From Felis catus (lineage: Eukaryota): a stretch of 64,000 nucleotides of DNA. Under the pieces are notes generated by a model. It made no database searches. It was not told the origin of the DNA and was given only the letters and a program-made list of their open reading frames with translations. The position numbers were made by a program, and so were the translations under genes. The stretch is from assembly GCF_018350175.1 (NCBI RefSeq), contig NC_058368.1:21392001-21456000 (forward strand), written 5' to 3'. This document shows positions 25,205-37,691 of the stretch, piece by piece. Numbering within the stretch: the first letter of the stretch is position 1; each line of letters starts with the position of its first letter.

Positions 25205-25345
25205 CACCACGTGACGGGCAGACGCCCCCGCTACAGGCTAACTGTAGGGGTGACGTCACCATCCTCTGACTGCAGGGGGTGGCACTTCCGCTCCCTCCCC
25301 CATCTCTTTTTCTCCAGCCCCCAGTAACTGCGGCTGTAGCCATTT
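25205..25345. promoter_or_regulatory. Second motif cluster: E-box, CRE, ETS, YY1
   Basis: CACGTGAC 25208-25215, GGTGACGTCACC 25249-25260, CACTTCCG 25283-25290, GCCATTT 25339-25345. Confidence 0.65.
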
Positions 25346-28107
25346 CGAAGCGTGGGAGGGGGCGGAGGGTGGACAGGGGTTTTCCTCACTGCCCTAGCGC
25401 GTCGCTGCTTCCCCAGCAATCCAAAGACCCGGGCCTGGGACCAGAGCGGGAGCCGTGGCCACCCCCTCCCGACACGTCCCATTGTGTGAGCGGGTGGCGC
25501 TGGGCGGAGGCTGGTGCCGGCCCCCCGCGGCTCCTAGCTCCGGAGGGGGCGGGGCGGCCCCGGAGCAGTCAAGGCCAAGTCCCTCTGCGTCCCAAGAGCG
25601 CCGTCCTAGTGCGCGCGAGGTCCAACACTCGACTCTCGGCTGGGAATTTGGCGGTCTTGCCCGCGTTCACGGGGCGCCTGGTGGCTGTGGACCCACTCAA
25701 GGCGCGGGCCTAAAGTCCTGCGGGGGTGTGGTGGGAGTCAGTCACCACTCCGGGGGGCTATGATTCCTGCAGTCGTTATAAGCTATTTGGGGAAACTCAG
25801 GGTTTTGGTGACTCAGCGCGGTAAGCGCTATTTATAAGTTGATGCCTTACTAGCCTGGGCAGTACACTTCACTCAGATCAGTCGGCCTGAGAAGGGCAAA
25901 GAGCTATGTTAAGCGACAACAATTAAAAGAACTTTTTTTTTTTTTTTTAAGAGAAAAGGCTAGAGCTTGTGCTATTAAGGCACAGCAGGTCTCACTCGTG
26001 TACTAGTCAGACCCAAGTTTTATTTTAAAAAGTTGGAACATACTCCAGAGTAGATGGAGAATTTTAGGGACACATTGTGATGGTAGACTGTTCTGGTGTT
26101 GGGTGAACCAGAAGCAATAATTCAGATATATGACCCAGCAGTCCTCCTAGCAAGTCATAGAATATCAGAACTGCATTGTTAAAGGATTTATTAAATAAGT
26201 AACACCATGAGGTGTGTAGGTATAAAATAAAGGAAAACTGGATGATGTTGAAAATTCCTGTACAATATTCTGGAACAGGAAAGTGTGTGTGGTCTTTATC
26301 ACCAAAACGGCTGGCAAATATAAATTACATATTTGCCACCCAATTTCTTCCTCCCCAGAAAGTACTATAAAAACGTATATTACAGCCTGGCATTCTTCTA
26401 CAGTGTATAAGTGCTGCAGAAACAATTATCAGTCATTGCTTGTTTTACAGGCTTTATAGGTTTTATTTTTTTTTCTCCCTCTCCCCTCACCACCACCCCA
26501 CCCCCCCACTCCCACCAACCATCTTTCCGGTTTGGAAATCCAGGGGGTAAATGCTAAAAAAGAGCAATTGCTAGGCTGGTTTCAGGGAGCCAACAGTTGA
26601 CTCCCAGCTGGGCTAGCCCTCCCTGCACAGTTTTCTGTAGGTAGTGTGACCTGAGATGTTTCTCAAAAGAAAGAAGGTGGTTTCGTGGATGGCAAAAGTT
26701 AGGCCAGCTACGAAAGGAAAGGGCTTCCCAAGGTGAGCAAGTAAAGCAGCATGTACAAAGGCCTGGAACTACAGAGGGAGAAGCATGGGACAAGAGGGGA
26801 GGGAAGACGGGATGAGAAAGGAAGCTGAAGGAAGACCAGGAGTTCAGACTTTAGCCTGAGACCTTCAAGTTTTTAACCTTTTTGCAGACACATATCCTTT
26901 TGAGAACCTGTGGAAAGGAATATGGCCTCTCTCCATAAAAACGTACCTATAGACCTATACTACAATTTTGTATACATTGTCGAGGGGTTTGTGACTAAAG
27001 GACTATTGGGCCTCAAGATAAATACCTATAGGAAAGGGAGAACAAAGATAGGATATTTTAATGGAAGTGCGTGGTCAGGTGTGAAAAGATTACGTTGGTT
27101 GGGGTGCTGGAACTTGAGGATGGAATGTAAAGCAGCCTGTGATGGAAGTAAGAATGGATTGGGACCACTGCTGTGTACCTAATGACAGTGGGGCTAGAGA
27201 GAAGAGGGATTCGAGAAAAGTAATGAATTGGTGGAATGGAAAACTGGTTGTGTGGGGCAAAGACAGGGGATCCCCAGGTTTCTGCTCTAGTGTGTAGACT
27301 AGGAGGAGGAGTGGACCTCAGGTTCAGGAGGAGGAACCCTGTTTTGTCCGTGTAGAATTGCAGCTATCAGGGAACTATCCCATCAGGGTTGGCAGTAAAG
27401 TCTGGCTCTCTAGAGTCATTAAAATGTAGGTGGTAACTAAAGTTATGGGCATGTGTAAGACGGACCAGAAAGTGTGTCAAGTGAGAAGAGGTCTGAAAAG
27501 AGAACCCTAGGGAGTGTCCACATTTAGAAGGAGAGGAGCCTGAGGAACCTTTCAAGGACAGTGATGAGTGACTAAAGACAGAGTGGCGTCCTTAGTGTAT
27601 CACTTTGGTCAGTAAATCCTGCTTCCTTGATAAGGAATGCAAATATGTTGTAGGTTTGGTCCCTTCATAAGATTGAAGTGTCTGTGTAGTCATTTAGTGG
27701 GGAAAAAAAAAATCTCCTTCAAAAGATTTGAATTCAGAAGAGAGATGAGGGCAAGAAATGATTAAATCTTGCTTTCCCCTCCTTTTTGAAACTAGGTATA
27801 CTTAGGGGAGAAGAAAAGGAGAAATAGACTCAAGCTTTCTCTTTTTCCTGCTCAGACACTAAGCCTTCAAGAAGAGTTTAGATAGATAGACCAGGTCCCC
27901 ATTATCGTGTTTTTTGTTCCTAATGGCACTTCAAAACTATACTTAATTGCCAACAATTAGTACTAGGAGGTGCTAAGATTTTCAATCTAAGGAAATGAGG
28001 AAAAGTGGGGGGAGGGGGGGAGGACATTTTCTTTTGCTTCCTCCATTTCCTTCCTACTTGTTACAGCTAACCTGAGCTAGAGCTAGTCCCTAGAACAGGG
28101 ATTCAAA

Positions 28108-28582
28108 TGCTTAACAAACCACCCCAAAACTTAGTGGTTTAAAACAGCATTCTCATGAACATGTGATCTGGGTAGTGCTCTGCAGGGATAGATTGTTTCT
28201 AATGCACCTGGCCTCATCCTGAGCAGCTCATAGGCTAGAGGTTTGTATCATCTGAAGATTTGTTCATTTGCATGTCTAGTGATTAGTACTCACTGATGAC
28301 TGGGACCTTAGCTGGGATTACCAGGTCAGAACACCTACACAATGGCCTGTCCTTCTGTTTTTGGCTTTCTCACAACAGGGTTCCTGGGTTCCAAGTGTCC
28401 TAAGACAGAGAGCCAGATGAAGCTGTATGACCTAACTAGTCATGCAGCATTATATCTATCACATCATGTTTGTTAGAAAAAAATCACTAAGGCCATCCAT
28501 ATTCTAGACAGGGGAATTAGACTCTGATCCTTTAATGAAGGCGTGTCAAAGAATTGGCAATATTTAGTTTAAAATCACCACA
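28108..28582 (-). mobile_element. MaLR solo LTR (MLT1-type)
   Basis: aacaaaccaccccaaaacttagtggtttaaaaca is the reverse complement of the MLT1 3' end, and the element ends ...aaaatcaccaca (TGTGGT start on -). Confidence 0.75.
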
Positions 28583-28703
28583 CATATTAACTTCCGATAA
28601 ACAGATTTATAAACAATGTATCGTATATTAAAAATATTTAAACATAAGAAACCAATCACCCTCTTTTCATATGAGAATGACATATAAAAACCTAAACATT
28701 TCA

Positions 28704-28927
28704 GGGGCACCTGCGTGGCTCAGTGGGTTAAGTGTCTGACTTGATTTCAACTCAGATCATGATCTCATGCTTCATGAGATGGAGCCCCATGTTGGGCTCC
28801 AGGCTCAGAATGCAGAACCTGCCTGGGATTCTCTCTCTACTTCTCTCTCTCTCTCTGCCCCTTCCCTGATCATACCATATGCACATGCGCTCGCTCTCTC
28901 TCTCTCCAAATAAATAAACAAAAAAAC
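28704..28927 (+). mobile_element. Can-SINE
   Basis: ggggcacctgcgtggctcagtgggttaag head, (CT)n and A tail. Confidence 0.92.
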
Positions 28928-30779
28928 CCCACCACATTTCATTGTTACAGCAAAGCTAAACCTAAACCAATCTTAGTAGGCAGTTTGTCTCATAATCTTT
29001 CCCTCTTCTCCCCCTTGACCATTCTCCCCCTCCAGATCAGGCCGCCTATACACAGAAACCCCTCTCTCCCAATCCACGTAGGACCCCTAGAGTGGCTATA
29101 CCTCCAGAGTGATGATCAGGTCCTAAAGGTTTTTTCTGTTTCTTCCCTGAATTATCCCTGACTTTGTACCTCACTAGATCATTGGCAAGGCCATCAGTTT
29201 AACTTCTCAAAGTTAGTTAAAAAGCAAAATGCTACGGAGATTATTCCAACAAGTAATTTTATAATAAATTCATGTTACATAATTAAAACAAAATGACATT
29301 TCTTTAAGAGGTCTATATGCTTTTAGATAACAGGATCTTGACTTAGGCTTGTTTATTCATAAAACTCAGTAATTCTAAAGGGATGGTTGAGATTTTAGGT
29401 ATTTTATAAAAAATTTTCACGTTGCCTTGAAGGTGATATACCATTTGATTATTACAATACAAAATTTAAATGATTCTTCTTCCATGTTTACAATGCATAT
29501 TGCAATATTTTTCTTTAAAACCAATACACCTAGTTATTTGGTTGGCCAAGGAGCAAGAGTTCTCCCTCTCAGGAACTGAAAATATTACCTTTCTTTGAGT
29601 AATCAAGAGAAAATAATTTTTTCTTATAACCTGGTATCTTTTTAAATTCTCCTAAAGCTGATATTATTATAATTTATACATCTATGGTGTTCTCTTAGAT
29701 TTCTTTTATGACTTAGAGATAGAAATAGTGGTCTTGGTGTAGAAATAGAATCTTAATAATTCATACTCTCCTAAAGGCTGTCTAATACCTCTACACATTT
29801 TGGTAATTTTGCATAATTATTTATAATTATACTGAGTCAAAATCATACTGTGAATTCATGGTATGGAATACAGATTTTAAAATAAATACATCTAGACAAT
29901 GAGCAAACATACATTTACGAATCCCTTGTTTTGTGTATTAGTGATTTTTGAAGAAGCATACTTGTTTTAAAAAATGAAATGAATTAAGTATATCTTTGTT
30001 TTTAAAGTTTCTTATACAGCAATGATAAAAAAAAAAAAAATTGACACAGTGTTCACATTAAACTAACAGACATTGTTATCAGGCCCCAAACTGGTCCTAA
30101 TTCTGTGACTTCATAGCTACCATGGAGGCAGCCCAAAGGAGCTTAAGTAAACACTTTCAAATTACGTAATGAAGTTCTGAAGGAGGAACAGCCCCAACCA
30201 AACCGTGCCATATCGTTGTACAGATGCTATTTTTCTTTATGCCAGAATGCTTATTACCCTATCTATAAAATGACTTCATAGTAATAACAACATGAAAGAA
30301 AATTAAAGTAGGCAAGTCTGTTTCTAGGCATCGTGAATGAAAGCAGGGTTGGGGCAATTATTTCAAAGTAGTTATCTAGTGAATGTTTTTCTTAATCTTA
30401 TAAGCTAAGCATTTAGTAAGTATTTTGGAAAGTGCTGTAGTGAAAATGGCACATTAAGCAATAAATTCAGTATGATTTCGATAAAGAAATAAATTCAATA
30501 AATACAATATGATATTGCTAGCTTCTAGTAATAATGTTCTATTTACCACTACATTAATAATTAAATACAATCTTACCTTTTTTTACTAAGTAAAATAAAT
30601 CTGGATCCTTCCTTATGCTATTTTTCTTCACCTTTCTATGTGTTCAAAATATAATTTATTTTAAAAGAAATACTGCCTAAGTCAATAAAAAATACATTTC
30701 TTCACCAGCTGAGTAAGCATCATGGAAAAGACAAAGAATATTAAGTCCTTGAGGTAGTTAAGTTATTAATATGAGTATA

Positions 30780-31350
30780 TGAGCAAAAATGCAATTTTAT
30801 CAAATTACACAATGAGTCTCCCTATTATCAGACTGACAAAGATTGAAAATGCAAGTGTTAATAACGAGTGTAGCTAAGAATGTGTTAAAATTTACAGTCG
30901 CATTTATTACTATATTACCTTTCTGGGGTCTTAAAAATGTCCAAATCTTTGATATAGTAGTTCCACTTCCAGGAACCAATCCTAAAGAAATAATCAAATA
31001 CAAAGTCAAAGACTTATATATATATTCAGTACAGCATCTATACAGAGGAAACAATCTGAATATTCAACAGTAAAGGAGTGGTTAAATGAGCCATGGTATA
31101 TCAATCTAATGGAATATTATGCAATCACTAAAAGTCTTAATGCAGAAAAATACTAATATTTAAATTTAATGTACAGTTCAATTTTTTTAGGCTAGAAAAC
31201 TATCTCTCCTCATTTATTTGAAGATGTATTCATTTATATGCATAGTAAAAGCATGGGTAAAAATATAGCAAAGTGCATTATATGTGGTTATGGTAATTTT
31301 TCTTTCCCATATTTTCTAAAATTAGCACAAATTATTTTAACAATCAGAAA
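30780..31350 (+). mobile_element. Old L1 (L1ME-type) 3' fragment
   Basis: caaattacacaatgag...gtagttccacttccaggaaccaatcctaaagaaataatc...aatggaatattatgcaatc. Confidence 0.65.
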
Positions 31351-31664
31351 AAAAATCATTAAAAGATTTCCTCCAAAATACATAAATCAAATGACATATT
31401 TACATTCTTATGTAACACTAGGATATTTAATAAAGTATCAACATATTACTCTTTATAAGTATTCTTCATTTTACATACTTATAACAATGTTTTCTAAAAT
31501 TAAATTAGATAAGGTATAGGCAGGAAGTACAGAGTATTATGTGAATGGTGTAATTTGACGGGTTACCTTAGGTTACCTTCTACCTTTGGTGGAAAAGTTG
31601 ATTTAAGAAAAATTTAGCATAGTCATAACCCATCTGTAAAGCTATAATGGCTAGATCTATTTTA

Positions 31665-31880
31665 TTAAATTTTTTAAAAAATTTATTCATTTTTGAGAGA
31701 CAGAGAAAGACAGTGTAAGTGGGGGAGGGGCAGAGAGAGAGGGAGACACAGAATTCAAAGGAGGCTCCAGGCTCAGAGCTGTCAGCACAAAGCCTGACAT
31801 GGGGCTTGAACTCACGAACTGCAAGATCATGACCTGAGCCAAAGTCGGACGCCTAACCAATTGAGCCACCCAGGTGCCCC
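31665..31880 (-). mobile_element. Felid Can-SINE
   Basis: Reverse SINE with TSD tggctagatctatttta. Confidence 0.95.
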
Positions 31881-33119
31881 TTGGCTAGATCTATTTTATA
31901 AGTTTTTTAACAGTATTTTTAATATTTATTTTTAAATTTTGTGGTTAAAGACATAGCAATTAAAATTTACCATCTTAACCATTTTTAAATGTACAGTTCA
32001 GCAGTATTAAGTATATTCACATTGTTATGGGTAATAGTGTTGTTAGTTTCATAAAAATAATACATGTTCACTGATAAATAACTTAAACAATGTAGAAAGT
32101 TACAGGAAGGTTTTTAAATATCAGATCCCAGATTTTACTATCAATTTTAAATGAATATCATGTTAGGCATATTTCTATGCATTTATACAGATAAGATAAT
32201 CTATTTAAGATCAGAACATGTACTTTACATTTAAGTTAAAAGCATTAAATTAAAATTTTTAATTTGGAAGTGGTAAGATAAACTGAAGTACTTGCTGAAC
32301 TTTTAGAAAAATGTTTCTTTACTACAAGAGATTTTATTTCTTAAAATATCTGAAGTTTAAAAAAGAGTCTGGAGACTTTTATATGTTTCAAATTTAGAAA
32401 TGCTAATAGACTCTGCCATGAAAAATATATTTTTACATCATTACATCATTATTTTTACAAAGTTGAGGTTTTAATGTCTATTTGTTTTATAATCCTAATT
32501 TCTTTGATCATTTGGTCTTGATTTGCATTTTAATCCCATGCTCACAATATGCCTTGGTTCTCAGTATCTTAGTTACTGAATTTTGATTCATCAGTTATCT
32601 GCTCTTCACTAAGTAATTTTGGGGTTTTCTTCTATATGGATCCATGGATGCTTGTGTTGGTCTTTTCATCAATTCTCAAATGACACTTATTTAGATATAA
32701 TAGTTTGGGGTCGTGCTGGCTTTGCCTTAAAACTGCAGACATTTTTCCTTTGTTTTCTGACTTTGAATATTGCTTAGAGGAAGTCTAAGGCCAGCATGAT
32801 TTCCTCCCTCTTGATAAGTTATTTAGTTGTCTCCTGGAGGTCTGAAAAGGTTTTCCTTCATTCTTTATGGTTAGTAGCTTAACCAGAAAATGCCTCAATA
32901 CTGAATATTATGTGTCTAATATTTTTCTGCAGATTCAGTTCTTTTCATTATTTTGTGGAAATTATCTTCTGTTACATCTTTACAGTGCTTGTTCTGATTC
33001 ACTTGTTGCATTATGTACTCAGGGAGATGAATCAGGCTTTATGTTATCTTTGTCTCACTTACATATGATCTTCTTTGCAATTACTTTGTTCTACTTTTCC
33101 TCTACATTGACTACAATTT

Positions 33120-33720
33120 ATTAAATGCATTTATCAACTAGAATGTATTGAGTGCCAGCACTAGTGGAAAATAAGAACATATTCCTACATTTATGAAGAG
33201 CTTTTAGTTAAGGATAGGGGAGGGAGAAATAAACAAACTTAAAACAGTGTCAGGTAGTAATAAGAAAAACACCAGGTAGGAAATTGGGAGGAATGGGGGA
33301 AGGAATTGTGCATTTCAAATGGAGCATGAGAGCAGGTCTCTCTAAGATGACATCTGAGAAGAGATCTGAATGAAGTTAGGCGGTAAGTCAGGGGAAGACC
33401 TGGGCAATCCAGATGCAGAGAAGAGTAAGTACAAAGGCCCTGTAAGTGGGAAAGTGGTGTGTTCAAGACAGAATGATCAGAGCCAATTAGAGCCAGAAAG
33501 TGGTGAGAGATGAGACTAGAGAAATGGATAGGCCAGCTCACAAAAAGGGCTGTAGGCGCTAGTGAGGAGACTGAATTTTGTTCCAAGTCTGATGAGGAGC
33601 AGGGAGATGATGTATATACTTCAGAGGAGTTGTTCTGGTTGCTGGTAAGAATTTCAACAGCAAAAACTGAGTACAAAGAATTGGTCAGATAGGTGCTGTA
33701 GAACTGAAAATGCAAAAAGG
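33120..33720 (-). mobile_element. L2 relic
   Basis: catttatcaac...tattgagtgccagcacta...ggtctctctaagatgacatctgag...aaaggccctg, typical of antisense L2. Confidence 0.65.
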
Positions 33721-34459
33721 GAGTAGTGAAAATAAGAGTAACTTCAGGAAGCAGCCACTACCCCCTAGAACTGGATAAACAATATATCATATTGAAACTG
33801 TTTATATCATCTCTTCTCAGAGATGAGGCATAATCATCTAGGAGAAAAGAAGAATGAATTGACTCAGGGAATGTGCTGGGATTGCCAGTCTTGCCTTTTG
33901 TTGAGAATCTGATTTCCAACCATATTTCATTTCTTGAAATTCCAAATGTAATTGTTTTCAAATAATAGTATTATTTTGGCCTTCATTGGCTTAGGTTGTA
34001 GACATTTTTTTTTTTTAAAGGAGTTTTTACTGTTGTTTGTTTTTCCTGTATTGTAAGATATTTGGAGAGAAATTTTGTGCTCTTCCCTTACTCCCCATCT
34101 TTATCTGGAAGTCTAGATTAATGTTTTAAAATAGATTATAATTCATATTTTTTCAACTCACCCTCTATATAGGAATATAACAATAAGATGTCATAGTAAT
34201 ATTATATATTGTCATAATAGCCACCATTTACTGAATGCCAATGTGCAATGCACTATGATAGGGACTTTACATACATGATCTCTAAAACTTGTAACAAGCC
34301 TACAGGGTAAGTACTGTTGCCAGTTATTTCCACAAGAAACCTTTTTTACTGATGATGTCAGATCACAGAGTCTTACCTGAAGCTTACAGCTGACCAAAAT
34401 AAACAAGGTAAGAACAAATTTTTCTCTCTTCTGTGGTTATAAAAAGTTAGTACATAAGA

Positions 34460-34642
34460 GGGGCACCTGGGTGGTTCAGTTGGTTAAGCGTCTCTTGATT
34501 TTAGCTCAGGTCATGAGATGGAGCCCTGTGCTCACAGTTCAGAGCCTGGAGCCCGCTTCAGATTATTGTGTGTCTCCCTTTCTCTCTACCCCTCCCCAAC
34601 TCACACTCTGTCTCTCTCAAAAACAAACATTTTTTTTTTTAA
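34460..34642 (+). mobile_element. Can-SINE
   Basis: SINE head and body, with TSD ttag(t/c)acataagag. Confidence 0.9.
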
Positions 34643-35570
34643 TTTAGCACATAAGAGACTGTTCTTTTTGAAGTAGAAAGTAATAGTTTGCAAAAGTATA
34701 CCACACAAACTAAGAGCAATTTTATGGACAGCTTTTTGACACTATACTGTATGATTAAACTCTTGGTGGGAAAGGTACTAGCTAACTGACAGATTCCAGG
34801 AACTTGGTAAACTGAGGTGCTCTTTTTCTCTCTCCATCATCCACAAACATGCTGAGAGCCTGCTATGTTAAAATCATTACTAAACTATATTAGACCATTA
34901 TAATTTTACAAGTTATAGGATATGTATCAGTCTTTTTTTTTTTTTTTGGAAACTCCACTATTTGGATTTATATGATATCAAACTTTTCTATTGTTCAACA
35001 ATATTTATATTGACATGACACTGAAAACATATCATTGGGACATGAACACATATCTATGACAAGTAATGAATTTCTTTTTCTGATTAGAAAAGTAGTACAT
35101 GTAAGTGAAGAAAATTTTGAAAATATGTTTAAATAAAATAAGTAAAGGAAACATATTTTGTAAAGGACAGCAGAAAAAAAACCAATAATTCTTTTATTTA
35201 CAGGCAACTGACTATTGAGGTTGTCCTAGTTCCGTGTAGTTTAAGTTTATGAAGTTTAAACTATTTGAGTACACTTCCTTTTTTCCTAACACTATATCAC
35301 AAATGTTTCCTCAAATTATTTAAAACTCTTTCAAAAATGTTTTCAATGGCTGTATAATGTTCCTTGAGTAGTATTTCCTTTAAGTGGTCATTTAAACTAT
35401 TTTCCTTAGTTTCTTATAAGTAATATTACTATGAACTTTTTTATACTTACATCTGTTTTAGCATTTCAGATTATTTCCTAAATTAGGATAAATTCCTAGA
35501 AGTGAGCTAAAAGGCCAATAGTTTTAAACTTCTTCATATGGTAAAACATTTGCTGTAAAAAAAATCTTTT

Positions 35571-35786
35571 TATTTTTTTTATTTTTTTAATGTTTACTTA
35601 TTTCTAAGAGGGAAAGACAGCATGAGCAGGGGAGGGGCCGAAGGAGAGGTAGACACAGAATTTGAAGCAGGCTCCAGGCTCTGAGCTGTCAGCACAGAAC
35701 CCCACGTGGGGCTTGAACTCACAAGCTGTGAGATCATGACCCAGCTAAAGTCGGACGCTTAACCAACTGAGCCACCCAGGCGCCCC
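35571..35786 (-). mobile_element. Felid Can-SINE
   Basis: Reverse SINE with TSD ttgctgtaaaaaaa(a)tctttt. Confidence 0.95.
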
Positions 35787-35886
35787 TTGCTGTAAAAAAA
35801 TCTTTTAATTAATTTCCTACACAGTTTTATATTGAAAATAAATCTAAGGAGAAAATTTTATGTGGGGTACCTTTTAAAAGTGAGAT

Positions 35887-36073
35887 GAGGCAGGTGGGTG
35901 GGTCAGCTGGTTTAGCGTCTAACTTCATGATCTCACCGTTCATGAGTTGAAGCTGACAGCTCAGAGCCTGAAGCCTGCTTCGGATTCTGTGTCTCCCTAA
36001 CTCTCTGCCCCCCCCCCCCCAACACTTGGTCTCTCTCAAAAATAAACATTTTTTTTTTAAATTAAAAAAATAA
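35887..36073 (+). mobile_element. Can-SINE with internal deletions
   Basis: gctgacagctcagagcctgaagcctgcttcggattctgtgtctccc body and A tail. Confidence 0.85.
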
Positions 36074-36394
36074 AATTGAGATTAATATTTAAGTTTGGGT
36101 TTAGTGTTTTGGTTTTAATATCTTACTTTAAGGAAAAATCCACTCTTCAAAATATCTACTTGTTTTTGTCAGGTTCAAAACTTACACTTAATTTGAGGAT
36201 GTAAGTTTAAATATATACTTATTTTGGCCTAATGCTTCTATTTTTCAAGGCATCACAATCTCTTTTTTCCTATTTTCAAATATACTCACCCAACAGTGTT
36301 GCCTCCTGACTTGTACATCACATGTATATCACTAATTCATGGTATAAATGTACACTTTTATCTGTGGATGGAAATCTAAATAAAATTGCAGGCC

Positions 36395-36415
36395 GGGGCA
36401 CCTCCATGGCTCAGT
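36395..36415 (+). mobile_element. 21-nt Can-SINE 5' head flanked by an 18-bp TSD
   Basis: ggggcacctccatggctcagt lies between taaataaaattgcaggcc (36377-36394) and taaataaaactgcaggcc (36416-36433). Confidence 0.8.
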
Positions 36416-37493
36416 TAAATAAAACTGCAGGCCAACATCATTCCCAAACTAAGTAAACTTGGCACAAGAGTTTTAACAGCGCCTAAATTAATATTACAAA
36501 ACAGTTCTACTGTGCAAGACTGAAATACAGAGCATATGAACAGAGCAGATTTACCTAATTCTAAAACTGATTTAGACTGGTGATAGGATTGCAAAACTTG
36601 AGGAAAATATCCAGAAGAAATCTAGCCTAAGTAAATAAAGGATTACTGCTTTATTAATTCACTCACCAAATTCTTATTAAACATCTTTTGTGTATCAAAC
36701 ATTTGCTAGGCACTGGAGTCAACTGAAAAAAGATCTTCCTCCTGTAAGATACATTCTAGTGGAAGAGATAGACAAAAGCAAATGAATAAATAAATAGTCC
36801 TAAACTATAATCTAGTCACTTTCATTACCAATATTACTTAAGTGAGAAAAAGAAATGATTTGGGTTCTACCCCAAGAATTTTTGAAGTTGTATTAAGAAA
36901 AACATTAAAGATTTTCAATTATTAGGAAATACAGACATCTCTACATCCAGATACCCTATAGCTCTTTTATGACTGGTCATTGTCATCCCCTTGTAACCAG
37001 TACTTCCCCCTCCAAAAGCAAGCATAGACTAGAAAGAGTATCTAGAATTTGGCCTTCCCTTTATTACTCTCTTTACTCTGGTCTGACCCAATCTCTGATA
37101 TAGCAATGTTGAAGTAGAAAGTGAAACATTCCCAATTTGGGGAGTAAGAAACCCTAAGTTTTAGCAAGTGATAATACTAAAAGAATTGAAACCTCAGATG
37201 AAACATTTCATTTTTGAGAGTGCCCATTTCCTTTGCAAACTGATGGATTTTAACTAAATTATCTCTAAAATCACTTCAGGCTCTAAATATCACAATCTGT
37301 GTGTCTCTGTGTTAAACATTTCTTCCATTGTGCTCCTATTTATCCTGGGGATGGAGAGGAAACGGCAGAAAGAGGACAGAGGTTGGAAAGAATAAGACTG
37401 ATCCCTGTTTAGTAAGAATAAAGGATTTAGTAAGAATAAATGTTTACAATGAACATTTTTTCACGTTATTGAATATTTTTTAAAACATGTTTT

Positions 37494-37691
37494 GGGGCGC
37501 CTGGGTGGCTCGGTTAAGCAGCCGACTTCGGTCCGTGAGTTCGAGCCCCCCATCGGGCTCTGTGCTGACAGCTCAGAGCCTGGAGCCTGTTTCGGATTCT
37601 GTGTCTCCCTCTGTCTGACCCTCCCCTGTTCATGCTCTGTCTCTCCCTGTCTCAAAAATAAATAAAAAACGTTAAAAAAATTTAAAAAAAA
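37494..37691 (+). mobile_element. Felid Can-SINE (CpG-rich, with small internal deletions)
   Basis: SINE body with TSD aaa(a/c)catgtttt. Confidence 0.92.

Larger units (their letters stand above)
21400..25760. promoter_or_regulatory. Main CpG island containing the putative distal DLEU2 promoter
   Basis: Very GC- and CpG-rich, strongest at 23400-25760. Contains GC boxes, E-boxes (22183, 23956, 25208), a CRE, and ETS and YY1 motifs. Confidence 0.92.

Noticed and set aside
23338..25763. Many long overlapping ORFs in the main CpG island (up to 317 aa, including the MATAAV... ORF at 24981-25343)
   Set aside because: Pro/Arg/Gly/Ala-rich, present in several frames on both strands and with no recognisable domain. 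This is expected from stop-codon scarcity in GC-rich DNA.
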